A stretch of 64,000 nucleotides of DNA from a virus (Duplodnaviria; Caudoviricetes): positions 8,495-72,494 of the IMG/VR virus record IMGVR_UViG_2844225640_000006; one strand, given 5' to 3'. Shown here in pieces: positions 1 through 9,170 of this stretch. Each line of letters opens with the position of its first letter. Position 1 is the first letter of the stretch. Made by a program: the position numbers and the translations under genes. The notes beneath the pieces were generated by a model that was not told where the DNA came from, searched no databases, and saw only the letters and a list, made by a program, of their open reading frames with translations.

Positions 1-147
1 GCCGAGGTTCTTGGCCCCGGCAACACCGTTCTTCCCAAGCTTGGCAATCGAGGACTCGAGACCCTTGAGGGCTTCCGTGGATTTCTTGGATGGGCCGCTG
101 ACGGAATCGATCAGCTGAAGACGAAGAGTGGCTACCCGAGATGCCAT
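1..147 (-). CDS. Tail tape measure protein, N-terminus (runs off the window)
   Basis: Read manually: ATG at 147 gives MASRVATLRLQLIDSVSGPSKK...; lies directly after the tail chaperone genes. Confidence 0.7.
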   Translation of the reverse strand, partial: MASRVATLRLQLIDSVSGPSKKSTEALKGLESSIAKLGKNGVAGAKNLG

Positions 148-157
148 GACTATCCAC

Positions 158-349
158 CTACATTATCTGGATAGCCTCTTCCCAAAGCCCGACAAGCTGA
201 GGAAACGTCATTTCCAGAATGGATTCAAACGTTACCCCGCCGCTGGTTTCACGCATCACCTTGAAGGAGATAGCCAGCCAAGCGTCTATTCTTGCGGGGA
301 TGGGGTCTCCGTAGCCCCCTCTCGGGGCAACGTTGACTGTGCGAAAAAA
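158..349 (-). CDS. -1 frameshift extension of the tail assembly chaperone (P2 gpE'-like)
   Basis: Slippery T TTT TTC at about 343-349; the -1 frame ends ...ESILEMTFPQLVGLWEEAIQIM, resembling the gpE' C-terminus. Confidence 0.65.
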   Translation of the reverse strand, partial: FFRTVNVAPRGGYGDPIPARIDAWLAISFKVMRETSGGVTFESILEMTFPQLVGLWEEAIQIM

Positions 350-729
350 CCTTCTTGCGCCGCCTCCACGCGGGATGCGTCGACAAAGTCGAGGCTCTCG
401 AGGACAACGGCCGGCGCGCTCACCCACGGCATGTCGACCTTTTCGTCGGCCCCCTTGCCATGTTGCTTAACCGCCTCGGCGCATTCCTGAAGGTAGTCTC
501 GCCACTCCCGCATGATCGGGCGGCGGACGGTAATTTCGCTGTAGACGACGCCGTCGTACTCGACAGGGAAGTCGAGAGACACGACCATCTCCCGTCGTCC
601 GCCGTCGCCAACAAAACGAGGAGGTTGCTTTGCAACGGCCTCCTGCAACGTCTTGGCTTCTGCATTGCGAGCTTCCACCCTCGCGAGTTCCTCTCGGCTG
701 AGAGACTTCGTGACCTGGTTCATGACCAC
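286..729 (-). CDS. Tail assembly chaperone (gpE/gp41-like)
   Basis: LDFPVEYDGVVYSEITVRRP motif; between tube and tape measure. Confidence 0.75.
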   Translation of the reverse strand: MVMNQVTKSLSREELARVEARNAEAKTLQEAVAKQPPRFVGDGGRREMVVSLDFPVEYDGVVYSEITVRRPIMREWRDYLQECAEAVKQHGKGADEKVDMPWVSAPAVVLESLDFVDASRVEAAQEGFFAQSTLPREGATETPSPQE

Positions 730-753
730 TCTCCTGAAATGAAAACGCCCGGC

Positions 754-1263
754 TTAGTAGCCGAGCGCCTGATTGAGTTCGGCGAGCTGGTTCACGCCGT
801 TGATGATGCGTTTCGGAGGCCACGCCTGAAGCTCGTGGACGACGTCGATGCCGGTCTCGTAACGCATGTACTTGATGCTGTTCATCACGAACTCGACGCC
901 GCCCTTTTCGCCACGCTGCCAGCGATCACGGGAGCTGCCGTTGATCTGGCCTTCGACGATGCAGACGTGCGCGTCGATCCCGCCGTCCAGCTCACGGAGC
1001 ACACCGCCACGGAACGTGACGCGAGTGGTCAGACCCGGACGGAGCGCCATGCGCTTCATGATGTCGGGATTGTGGCCCGCCATCTTCACGGTGACTTCGA
1101 GTGCTTCGATGGCCGACATCGCCTGAGAGACGCCAAGATCCATACCGCCGCCGCGATAGTCCTGAGTCATCGGACGGGGAAGGGGCAGGTCCACCTCTTC
1201 CGTGTCGATACCGAAGTCGAGGCCATCCAGGAACATGGTGAAGCCTTGCAAAATATGCCGCAT
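754..1263 (-). CDS. Major tail tube protein (P2 FII-like)
   Basis: 169 aa, LP...YRGGGMD motif; follows the sheath. Confidence 0.9.
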   Translation of the reverse strand: MRHILQGFTMFLDGLDFGIDTEEVDLPLPRPMTQDYRGGGMDLGVSQAMSAIEALEVTVKMAGHNPDIMKRMALRPGLTTRVTFRGGVLRELDGGIDAHVCIVEGQINGSSRDRWQRGEKGGVEFVMNSIKYMRYETGIDVVHELQAWPPKRIINGVNQLAELNQALGY

Positions 1264-1295
1264 TGGAATTTCTCCTTATCGCGCGGGAGGTTGTG

Positions 1296-2765
1296 TTACG
1301 CCGTCTGAAGGGCAGTGCCAGCCAGACGGGCGATTTCACGAGCGGCATTCTCGGCAAGGACCGTGTAGTAGCCGGTGTTGCGCGAGAACATGAACGTGAT
1401 GTGCTCGATCGGAGCAGGGGCTTCAGCGTCGTAGCTGATGTAGAGGTGACCGGAGGCCCAGGTTTCCTTGGTGTTCAGGCTGGAATCCAACCACACACGA
1501 CCGCCGAGCGTTGCGCCCATAGCTGCCCAACGACGCAGTGCCGAGTTCACGGTCTCCGCAATGTCGGTCAGGTTCTGGAGGCTGAACGGCTTGTCGATAA
1601 AGGCTTCCGAAGCGATCTCGACCGAGTCGATGATCGTGTCGTGTGCACGGCGCACCGACCAGAAGTTCTTCAACGAGTCCGACGATGGCACCCGGCTGCC
1701 CCACAGCTTGAAGCCACCGCTCGGTGCACGCACGATTGCGGCAATGGCGTTCTTATTGAGGAGCTGCGATTCAGCCGCAGGGTCCGTGATCGAATGGTCG
1801 ATCGGGCGGGAGATGCCGACGATGCCTTCCACAACGTGGTTCGACGGGGAAACCCAGAAGCCTTCGCTGTAGTCAACGCGGGCTTGCAGGCCAGCCACAC
1901 GGGCCGAAGCAGGCTCGTTTACAGCTGCAGCATCTTTGAACACCTTGACCATCGGTTCGACGATCAGAAGGCGGTCGGTGTCGTAATCCAGGCGATCCTG
2001 AATGGCGGCCGAGGTATTGGTCGCCGTGGAGTCCTTGATAACGCCAGCGCGGAAGCGGTTCGCCAGAGTCAGCAGCTCGACCGTTACAGGGTTTGCCACC
2101 GTGCCAACCGTAGCCGTTGCAGTTGCGGCTTCCGTTGCTCCGCCACCGGTCAGGGTGATGGTAGGTGCGGCCGTGTAACCGAAGCCCGGCTTGGTGATGA
2201 CGATCTCGTCGACAACGCCCGTCGTCGAATTGATGGTTGCGACGGCCTCAGCGCCAGAGCCAGCGCCACCGGTGATCGTCACAGTCGGGGCCGAGGTATA
2301 GCCCGTGCCTCCTTCCGTAACCGAGATGGTCGCGATACCATCGGTCGGACGGGACGAGGTGAAGCCCGGTGCAATCAGCAGCTTCGGTTTCAGGCCGTGC
2401 TCACTCTGCGCAGTGCGCAGTGCGTGCATGCCCTTGTAAGTCGTCGAGTTGCCGATGATGTTCGACATGGTCTCGTTGATGTTCGCGCCGGGTTCAACGC
2501 GGACAACAAGGATCGTCTGCGAAACACGAGACGCCTGATCGAAGATGCCGTCGATGGCATCCTTCAGCGTACCGGCAGCGCCGAGGCCCTCGACTTCGCC
2601 ATTTGCGCCGTAGATCGGGACGACTGTGTCAAGCGGCCAGAGATCATCGGAGGCGTCAGGCGCCGTGCCAATCAGGCCGATGATACCGGTGTCGATGGTT
2701 TCAACCGGGCGAGGGCCGTTGTTCTGCTCGACCGTTTCGACGCCGTGAAGATAGATGTCTGCCAT
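1296..2765 (-). CDS. Contractile tail sheath protein
   Basis: YLHGVE N-terminus, LIAPGF, GFWVSPSN, WGSR, SVRR motifs; insert with two GxGYTxAPT repeats. Confidence 0.95.
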   Translation of the reverse strand: MADIYLHGVETVEQNNGPRPVETIDTGIIGLIGTAPDASDDLWPLDTVVPIYGANGEVEGLGAAGTLKDAIDGIFDQASRVSQTILVVRVEPGANINETMSNIIGNSTTYKGMHALRTAQSEHGLKPKLLIAPGFTSSRPTDGIATISVTEGGTGYTSAPTVTITGGAGSGAEAVATINSTTGVVDEIVITKPGFGYTAAPTITLTGGGATEAATATATVGTVANPVTVELLTLANRFRAGVIKDSTATNTSAAIQDRLDYDTDRLLIVEPMVKVFKDAAAVNEPASARVAGLQARVDYSEGFWVSPSNHVVEGIVGISRPIDHSITDPAAESQLLNKNAIAAIVRAPSGGFKLWGSRVPSSDSLKNFWSVRRAHDTIIDSVEIASEAFIDKPFSLQNLTDIAETVNSALRRWAAMGATLGGRVWLDSSLNTKETWASGHLYISYDAEAPAPIEHITFMFSRNTGYYTVLAENAAREIARLAGTALQTA

Positions 2766-2787
2766 TGGATCAGCTCCGTGGAAATGA

Positions 2788-2846
2788 CAAAGCCCGGCGC
2801 GATGGCCGGGCTAGATGAGACAAAGAAAAACCCGCACGAGGCGGGC
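2788..2846 (-). terminator. Two tandem intrinsic terminator-like hairpins between fibre and sheath genes
   Basis: AGCCCGGC..GCCGGGCT and CCCGC..GCGGG stems, each followed by T runs on the minus strand. Confidence 0.55.
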
Positions 2847-2920
2847 AATGATGTGGTTATCGATGCAGGGGTCGCGATATCTCGAAGCGATGTATGCCTC
2901 GTCGATCTGAATTTGTTAGA

Positions 2921-3919
2921 CTAAAGCTCCGCGTCTAATCCATACACCCTGCCAATTATAAAGGCGTCCCCTGCCGCTGCTGACGTGATTGTTATGCGAC
3001 CACCATAAGGACTGGGGTTATCAAGGACGTTATTATTTATGTTTGACGTACTGCCTGCACTAATCAAGGTAGCGGTCGGAGTTGCCTGCATCTCGGGCCA
3101 GTTCAACGAATTATGGGCAAACTGTCCTGATGCTGTCGAAATGAAGCGGACGTTTGCTTGTACCCTTTGATAATACCGCTGACACAATGCCAACTCCTGC
3201 TGGATGTGGCGCGGCGAAAATGGGTCATCTTCGGCAGTGACGTCCCCTTCGACAAGAGACACCCGGGCAATCTCGATTGTGCCAGATTGCACCCCGACCC
3301 CTTCGGTCAAAGCGTCATAAGATGAACCACCCGAGAAGATGAAATTAAGCTGTAGGCTGTTATCGTAATTGGTGCCGAGGATCAGATCATCGATTGCCGG
3401 CACGTCGACCACATGGGTGAACTTCTGCCATGTCCTGGCCATCGTGTGTTTTTTGCCTGCGAAAGATGCCGAGGGGGACGGAGTTCCGCCCGTCCCAGGA
3501 ACTCGATAAAATGCTGAAGCCATCTTCAGCCCGGACAACGAGGCACGAGCCCAAAACGAAAGCGTAAAGCGCCGACCCGCATAAGCCCGAAGCCCCTCCA
3601 CCCTCTGATATGCGGTGACAACATCGCCAGACACGGCACCGCCTGCAAAGGTCACCGAAACATAGCCAAGCCCGCCGAGAGGCTTCCCCTCGTGAGGATC
3701 GCTGCCGCCGGGTAGGAACTTCCCCTGCAAAACCGTCATGGTGCTGCCGGATATTATAAACCCCCACCGATCAACCGAGTGGTAGCCGTCCAAGGTCTGC
3801 GATGATCCGCGCTGCCATATATCAAAGTCGCCATTGATGATCTTGTTGCGATACGCTCCAAGGTCCGCCGTTATCCCACGCCCTCGGCCCGCCTGCGAAA
3901 GATCGAAAGCTTTACTCAT
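2921..3919 (-). CDS. Short tail fibre / receptor-binding paralog
   Basis: RNKIINGDFDIWQRG, ELALCQRYY and terminal DAEL shared with 4477-6642. Confidence 0.8.
   Translation of the reverse strand: MSKAFDLSQAGRGRGITADLGAYRNKIINGDFDIWQRGSSQTLDGYHSVDRWGFIISGSTMTVLQGKFLPGGSDPHEGKPLGGLGYVSVTFAGGAVSGDVVTAYQRVEGLRAYAGRRFTLSFWARASLSGLKMASAFYRVPGTGGTPSPSASFAGKKHTMARTWQKFTHVVDVPAIDDLILGTNYDNSLQLNFIFSGGSSYDALTEGVGVQSGTIEIARVSLVEGDVTAEDDPFSPRHIQQELALCQRYYQRVQANVRFISTASGQFAHNSLNWPEMQATPTATLISAGSTSNINNNVLDNPSPYGGRITITSAAAGDAFIIGRVYGLDAEL
3198..3266. repeat. 69-bp exact direct repeat, copy 1 (copy 2 at 4826-4894)
   Basis: Identical DNA encoding RVSLVEGDVTAEDDPFSPRHIQQ in both fibre genes. Confidence 0.9.
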
Positions 3920-3944
3920 TTGAAAGTCTCTCCTCTCGCGCAGG

Positions 3945-4475
3945 CTATGCGGTGACCGCAGGCCAATACTGGTTGTCGGTATAATCGACAGGGATTTCAG
4001 GCATGTCTTTCAAGACGCGAGCCGCAAAGATATGGGCCTGCTTATGGGCCAAGGCAGCCTGACCGAATGCGATCATCATTTGGGCGTCCATTGGTGCAGT
4101 CGAGTTGTCTGCTGCAATCCAAAGGAAATCGCTGTCGCCTCCGTCCCATCGGTAGTCGCCAGCCTGCGCCCCATTGATGACGGCCGTGAGCGCAGCGGAG
4201 TAAGCGCCGAGGATGTTTTCGCGGTCCTCCGGTCGCGTCTGGTACATGGCGCCGCCAAAAGAAAAACCGCCGTCAATGCGACGATCTCTTTCCCGGTCAA
4301 CGTCCGCCGAAGATGGCGGCGGCGCTTCATACGGCTCAATCGAATTCCCGTCCGCTTCCCATTCCGCAAGCATGACGCGGTGTCGGTTTCCCATGTCGTC
4401 AGGGACGGACATTTCCACGCCGTCGATGACTGTGACGATGGAGCCATGTTCGGTGTATTTTGCATGTGTGATCAT
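3945..4475 (-). CDS. Tail fibre assembly/chaperone protein (DUF4376-like)
   Basis: ERDRRIDGGF, WIAADN and terminal YWP motifs; sits between the fibre genes. Confidence 0.7.
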   Translation of the reverse strand: MITHAKYTEHGSIVTVIDGVEMSVPDDMGNRHRVMLAEWEADGNSIEPYEAPPPSSADVDRERDRRIDGGFSFGGAMYQTRPEDRENILGAYSAALTAVINGAQAGDYRWDGGDSDFLWIAADNSTAPMDAQMMIAFGQAALAHKQAHIFAARVLKDMPEIPVDYTDNQYWPAVTA

Positions 4476-4476
4476 G

Positions 4477-6642
4477 TTAAAGCTCCGCATCAAACGTAAT
4501 TCTAGCGTTACCGTACTCGTTAGCTGTCAAAAGCGCCCCGCTAGTATCTCCCATGTCCGAGCCAATTGCTGCGCGTAGTGTCGGGCGGGTTGTGCTACCT
4601 ACGACATTATAAATTGCTGTAAGTGTCGTATTCCCGTTGCTTTTACCTGTGATGAGGCAGAAACCCGACAACGGATTTATGTTGAAGGAAGGCTGAACGC
4701 GCATTGGTTGTGGAAGATTTACCACAATGTCTACTTCTCTGAGTGATCGCCACGCTCCGACCCCTATAGCCGAATAAACGCCTTCACCCAAAGAAACAAA
4801 GTACCGCTGACACAACGCTAATTCTTGCTGGATGTGGCGCGGCGAAAATGGGTCATCTTCGGCAGTGACGTCCCCTTCGACAAGAGACACCCGGCCCAAT
4901 GCGTAGTTGCCCGCATCACGAGGCATCACGGTAATGAACAATTCGAGGTAATCAGCATTTAGTGTGTCTGTCTTCGTGATGTTCGGAATATCTAGAAGAA
5001 CTTGCTTCCGAACAATGCCGCCACCAGATGTGAACGTGGGGATGGTTACTTCATCGATGATACCATCATCCACTGATGATGATAGTCTTCGGGATACCCC
5101 GATCCTAACGTTTGCATTAAATGGTGCGATGAGATCCGCAGTGCAGGTTGCTATTCTCCCCGCAAGCGTTTTGGCACCTTCAATGCGCTGAATGAACGCA
5201 ACCTCTCCTGACGTTGGCGCGACGCCGAAGTTGACTATCAGCATGGAGTTGCCCGGCTCATTATTTGGCAGAACGAACCGACTGACTGTGCACGGCTGGT
5301 TTGTAGTGTTGTAGACGATCCATCTGTCGGACGTGTAGGCTGATGACCCGGCTGGTACCGTGAAGCTTCCCCCGCGCTGCCATATATCAAAACTGCCATT
5401 GATGATCTTGTTGCGGAAGCCTGCGAGAATACCGGCGTCGATGTTGGCGCGGGCTTGACCCCGCTCGGCTGGAGTGTGCGCTTGCGCAACATCAACACAC
5501 ACAGCTTTTTCAGTCAGCGCCTCATCGATCTTGTCGTTGACCTGTTCCTTCGTGTCGTAATCGGTCGAGTCAATCGCCTGATATGCCCACACGTAATAAA
5601 GGTCAGTGTCGGCATAGTCGCCATTGAGAACGACGTCGGGGCTGGTCGCTGTGTAATCGGTGCCTGCAACCTGCAGCACACCGTTAACAAACAGCATGAG
5701 CGAACTGAACCCACCGCCAACCGTAAAGGTTGCGTCGATGAGATCCCCGACAACGCCGGACTCAAAGCGCAAGCCGCCGATAGAAGCCGTAACCGTCGGC
5801 ACGAAAGCCACACCGTCAAAGACGCGGACAACCGAACCGTCCCACCATAGCTGACCTTCAACCGGGGCAGCCGGGGGGACAAGAGGTTCGGCAATCATCA
5901 TGCGGGCCTCGGCCAGCACACCCTGCGTTGCAGTGAGCGCGGACTCCGAACCTGCTTTTGCCGTGACAGACTGATCGCGAGCTTCTTCCGATTTAACTCG
6001 GGACGCCTGTGATGCCGCGGCGCTACTTGCCGAAGCACTCGCCGACCCTTCAGCCGCCGTCTTGGCGAGAAGGGTCTGCTCCAGATATGCCTTCTGGATC
6101 AATGTCGCGGCTGGCAGCGAAGTGATCACCCAATCCGTGTACGGACCACCGGCACCAGTCACTTGTTCGAGCGTGATCGACAGAGCGCCAGTCGAACGGT
6201 TGAACGAGTTGACCTTGGCGAGCGCCCAATTGGCCGTCGTCGATGCACGGGAAAGAGCCAGGTATGGCGTCGGTGCGAAGAACTCACGATCTTCCACCAC
6301 AAGGGTCAGGTTGATCGTAGCTCCATTCGACAGGCTCGCCGAGGACGTGGACATCGCGATGACAGTCCCGCCGGTTACCTTCTGCTCGAACCGTTCGAGC
6401 TTGGCAGTGATTTCCGCCGTGCTCTCGCTGAGAATTTCATCGGCCTGCGCCACGATAGGCGCAAGCTCCTGCTCGATCACGGTGAGGCCGCGAGCGATAA
6501 TTGCGTCGGTGACTTCCCGCTGAATGCCGAGATTTTCTTCGAGGGGCGCCAGTCTAGCCCCGATCGCCTCGATGAGGCCGTCCCAAAGTTGCGTGCTCCA
6601 CGCTTTATTCTGGGTTGAGAGGAAGCTAGACAGGTCAGACAT
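4477..6642 (-). CDS. Long tail fibre protein
   Basis: 721 aa with Ala/Ser-rich stalk, QARANI, RNKIINGSFDIWQRG, ELALCQRYF, DAEL. Confidence 0.85.
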   Translation of the reverse strand: MSDLSSFLSTQNKAWSTQLWDGLIEAIGARLAPLEENLGIQREVTDAIIARGLTVIEQELAPIVAQADEILSESTAEITAKLERFEQKVTGGTVIAMSTSSASLSNGATINLTLVVEDREFFAPTPYLALSRASTTANWALAKVNSFNRSTGALSITLEQVTGAGGPYTDWVITSLPAATLIQKAYLEQTLLAKTAAEGSASASASSAAASQASRVKSEEARDQSVTAKAGSESALTATQGVLAEARMMIAEPLVPPAAPVEGQLWWDGSVVRVFDGVAFVPTVTASIGGLRFESGVVGDLIDATFTVGGGFSSLMLFVNGVLQVAGTDYTATSPDVVLNGDYADTDLYYVWAYQAIDSTDYDTKEQVNDKIDEALTEKAVCVDVAQAHTPAERGQARANIDAGILAGFRNKIINGSFDIWQRGGSFTVPAGSSAYTSDRWIVYNTTNQPCTVSRFVLPNNEPGNSMLIVNFGVAPTSGEVAFIQRIEGAKTLAGRIATCTADLIAPFNANVRIGVSRRLSSSVDDGIIDEVTIPTFTSGGGIVRKQVLLDIPNITKTDTLNADYLELFITVMPRDAGNYALGRVSLVEGDVTAEDDPFSPRHIQQELALCQRYFVSLGEGVYSAIGVGAWRSLREVDIVVNLPQPMRVQPSFNINPLSGFCLITGKSNGNTTLTAIYNVVGSTTRPTLRAAIGSDMGDTSGALLTANEYGNARITFDAEL
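4826..4894. repeat. 69-bp exact direct repeat, copy 2
   Basis: Identical to 3198-3266. Confidence 0.9.
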
Positions 6643-6643
6643 A

Positions 6644-6817
6644 TTAAACCGCCTCGTAATTCTTTACTGCGTCTTTGTCCTGCTCGAGCAGGACGGCAAG
6701 TGCGTCACCGCGGATGCGCGTACTGTTCGACGGGTTGATGATCAAACGGCCAATCTTCACGCTTTTCGCAAGGCTGACCTTGTAGAGCGTAGACGGATCG
6801 ATCTGCGCTTTTGCCAT
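6644..6817 (-). CDS. Small hypothetical virion-operon protein (57 aa)
   Basis: Read manually: MAKAQIDPSTLYKV...; AGGAG SD upstream; fills the gap exactly. Confidence 0.6.
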   Translation of the reverse strand: MAKAQIDPSTLYKVSLAKSVKIGRLIINPSNSTRIRGDALAVLLEQDKDAVKNYEAV

Positions 6818-6835
6818 GTGGCTTTCTCCTAATTG

Positions 6836-6862
6836 AAAAGCCCGGCGCTAAGGCCGGGCTTG
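6836..6862 (-). terminator. Intrinsic terminator-like hairpin
   Basis: AAGCCCGGC..GCCGGGCTTTT; nearly the same stem as at 2790. Confidence 0.55.
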
Positions 6863-6884
6863 GTGAGGTTCGGTCAGTTAACGA

Positions 6885-9170
6885 TTACGGATACGACACA
6901 CTCGTCGCCGCAGAGACGAGGAAGATCGCCAGCGGTGACGTGGTGCTGTAAGTCGTCTTGCGCTTCCACGACGTTACTGCCGTACCGAGCGTCCAGGTGA
7001 AGACTCGACGGATCGAGCCATCGGCCTGCACTTCGTCGGTGACAGCCGTGGCGGCGGTTTCAGTACCGTAGCCGGACCCGGTCAGGATCGAACAGGACAG
7101 GTCATGGTTGACCTCGTCGTAATGCTCGAGCACGAGGATCTCGATGATCTCCGTCACCGGCCCCGGCGCCACCCGTTCCTTCGTGATGTGCACGCCATTC
7201 GTCCGAGGACGAGATACCGTGACATTCGACTGTCCGAGGTTGATGCCCGGCATAAGCTCGGTGGTGCCAAGGAGGACCATGCGAGCGTTGATGTTGGCAG
7301 GAAGATTGAACAGAGGCGAGGCACCGCTCGCAACCGCTTCAATAGTATGCCAGACCGAACCAACCTGAACTTCGTACGAGATCTCGCAGCCATCCGGCAC
7401 GACCTGCTTGGTGAGAAGGTCGATACCGCAGATGCCACCCGAGAGATTCCACGCCGTCAGGTTGACAGTCACACGAGGAGCGCTGAACTGTGCGACGAGG
7501 ATCTCGAAGCAAGCGTCCAGAGAAATGCTACCCTGCGACCAGAGGCCGTCCGTCGATACGAAGAACGATCCCTGCGCGTACTTGTTGTTTTCCGCCACCG
7601 CCAGCCAGTGGTTGCCGGAGGTGATGACGAACCAGCCGTAACGCTTGCCGCCTTCAAGGAAGACCGGTTCGATTGCGAACTTGGTTGCAATCGGGTGTAT
7701 CTTCAGGTCAGCCGCAGCGACTGTTGTAACAGCGAGACAGCTTGCGTAGTTCGGTGCGCCGTTCTCAAACAGCTCGCAGAGAGCCATGCGCACGTCACCG
7801 CCGCCAGCGTCAACGCGGCTGAAGTAAAGGTTCACACCCGTCACCCAACCGGAGCGAGGCATCATGAAGGTGTTGCCTGCCACCTGTCCGGTGTAGGACG
7901 CCTGCACGATTGTTGCCGCCCAATACGGCTCTTCGTAGGTGTCGTAGAAGATCTGGCGAGCGCGCATGATGTAATGCGCAGGGCCACCGGCATCCTGAGT
8001 GAACTCGACGTTATAGGCCGTGCCGTCATTCTGATAGAAGATGCCCTTCGTCTGGTCGTACCGCCCGGTGCCCCACCAAGCTGCGTTGGTGCAGACGAGA
8101 AACGGGTCGCCATAGCGGATGCGAGTCTTCGAGATCGTCTTCAGCGTGTACTCGATGGTCTGAGAACCACCGTTTGCAAGGGCGTGTTCCGTCGACTTCG
8201 ACGTGATCGTGATCAGGTTATTCTCGGTATAGCGTGGCAGAACCATGCCGCCCGTCGATACCTGAATGCTGGTGTCGGACGGTGTGAGAAGGCCGAGGGT
8301 GATCTGCGCCGAGTTATCGTCAGCAAAGCGGATACCTTCTTCCACCTTCGTCACTGACTGCAGGTGTTCGAGATCGCTATCCGTTTCGTCGAGGAAGTAA
8401 TCCGACTTCGAGTAGGACTTACCTTCCGGCATCCCGGTCATTTCCACCACGCGAGCGAGCTGCTCGAGGAGGTAGATCTGCATCTGGCGTGACAGCTTAT
8501 CAGAGTTGGATGCGACCAGCTTGGACACGTCGGTCTTGAGACCTTCGACGACCGGCTGCGTTTCATCCATCCAGCCTTCTAGCACCTGCACGCGGGAGTC
8601 CAGCGACCGCATCGTGGTGATGCGATTGTCCGTGCTCTGCTCGACCAGTACGATTTCCGTCGAGGAGAGTGTCACCCAGGCGATGACCGTATTGGCACTA
8701 TCGACCACCGGCTTCGACGGGGAGGGTGCCTGATCGCCGAGCTGGATTGCCACGTTGACCTTGCGCCATTCAACGGTCGCTGTCGGCTGCGGGTCCACTT
8801 GAGGCGGGTAGACCGAACCATTGACCACGAAATCGCGAGGCTCGGTCCCGTCATTCGCCGTCTGTGCCTGAAGCAGGATCGCAACAATGCGGCGGTTGCC
8901 GGAGGTCGGCATGTGCGCCAGGAGATTGAGAACCGTCGCGTTGTCGCCGCCCGTGAAGAGCTTCCCGTCCTTGAAAAGGATGACAGGTGTTTCAACCGTG
9001 ACCTGCGTCGTTGCCGTCTTGGCGACCGTTGCGCCTGAGTAGCAAGCATCGAGTGCGCCGCTGACTGCTGCCGAGATCAAGGTATCCATGGCATCGCGAG
9101 GGAACTCAGCGAGGTTCTCAAAATCGCTGAGGGTCGCGTTCTGGTTGGCGGTAAAGCGGGCAATCTTCAT
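6885..9170 (-). CDS. Baseplate/tail structural protein
   Basis: 761-aa beta-rich ORF between gpI and the fibre; call by position. Confidence 0.6.
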   Translation of the reverse strand: MKIARFTANQNATLSDFENLAEFPRDAMDTLISAAVSGALDACYSGATVAKTATTQVTVETPVILFKDGKLFTGGDNATVLNLLAHMPTSGNRRIVAILLQAQTANDGTEPRDFVVNGSVYPPQVDPQPTATVEWRKVNVAIQLGDQAPSPSKPVVDSANTVIAWVTLSSTEIVLVEQSTDNRITTMRSLDSRVQVLEGWMDETQPVVEGLKTDVSKLVASNSDKLSRQMQIYLLEQLARVVEMTGMPEGKSYSKSDYFLDETDSDLEHLQSVTKVEEGIRFADDNSAQITLGLLTPSDTSIQVSTGGMVLPRYTENNLITITSKSTEHALANGGSQTIEYTLKTISKTRIRYGDPFLVCTNAAWWGTGRYDQTKGIFYQNDGTAYNVEFTQDAGGPAHYIMRARQIFYDTYEEPYWAATIVQASYTGQVAGNTFMMPRSGWVTGVNLYFSRVDAGGGDVRMALCELFENGAPNYASCLAVTTVAAADLKIHPIATKFAIEPVFLEGGKRYGWFVITSGNHWLAVAENNKYAQGSFFVSTDGLWSQGSISLDACFEILVAQFSAPRVTVNLTAWNLSGGICGIDLLTKQVVPDGCEISYEVQVGSVWHTIEAVASGASPLFNLPANINARMVLLGTTELMPGINLGQSNVTVSRPRTNGVHITKERVAPGPVTEIIEILVLEHYDEVNHDLSCSILTGSGYGTETAATAVTDEVQADGSIRRVFTWTLGTAVTSWKRKTTYSTTSPLAIFLVSAATSVSYP

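Noticed and set aside
2921-6642. Diversity-generating retroelement or invertible shufflon at the fibres
   Set aside because: No reverse transcriptase or invertase in the window; repeats are direct, with no adenine-specific mismatch pattern evident.
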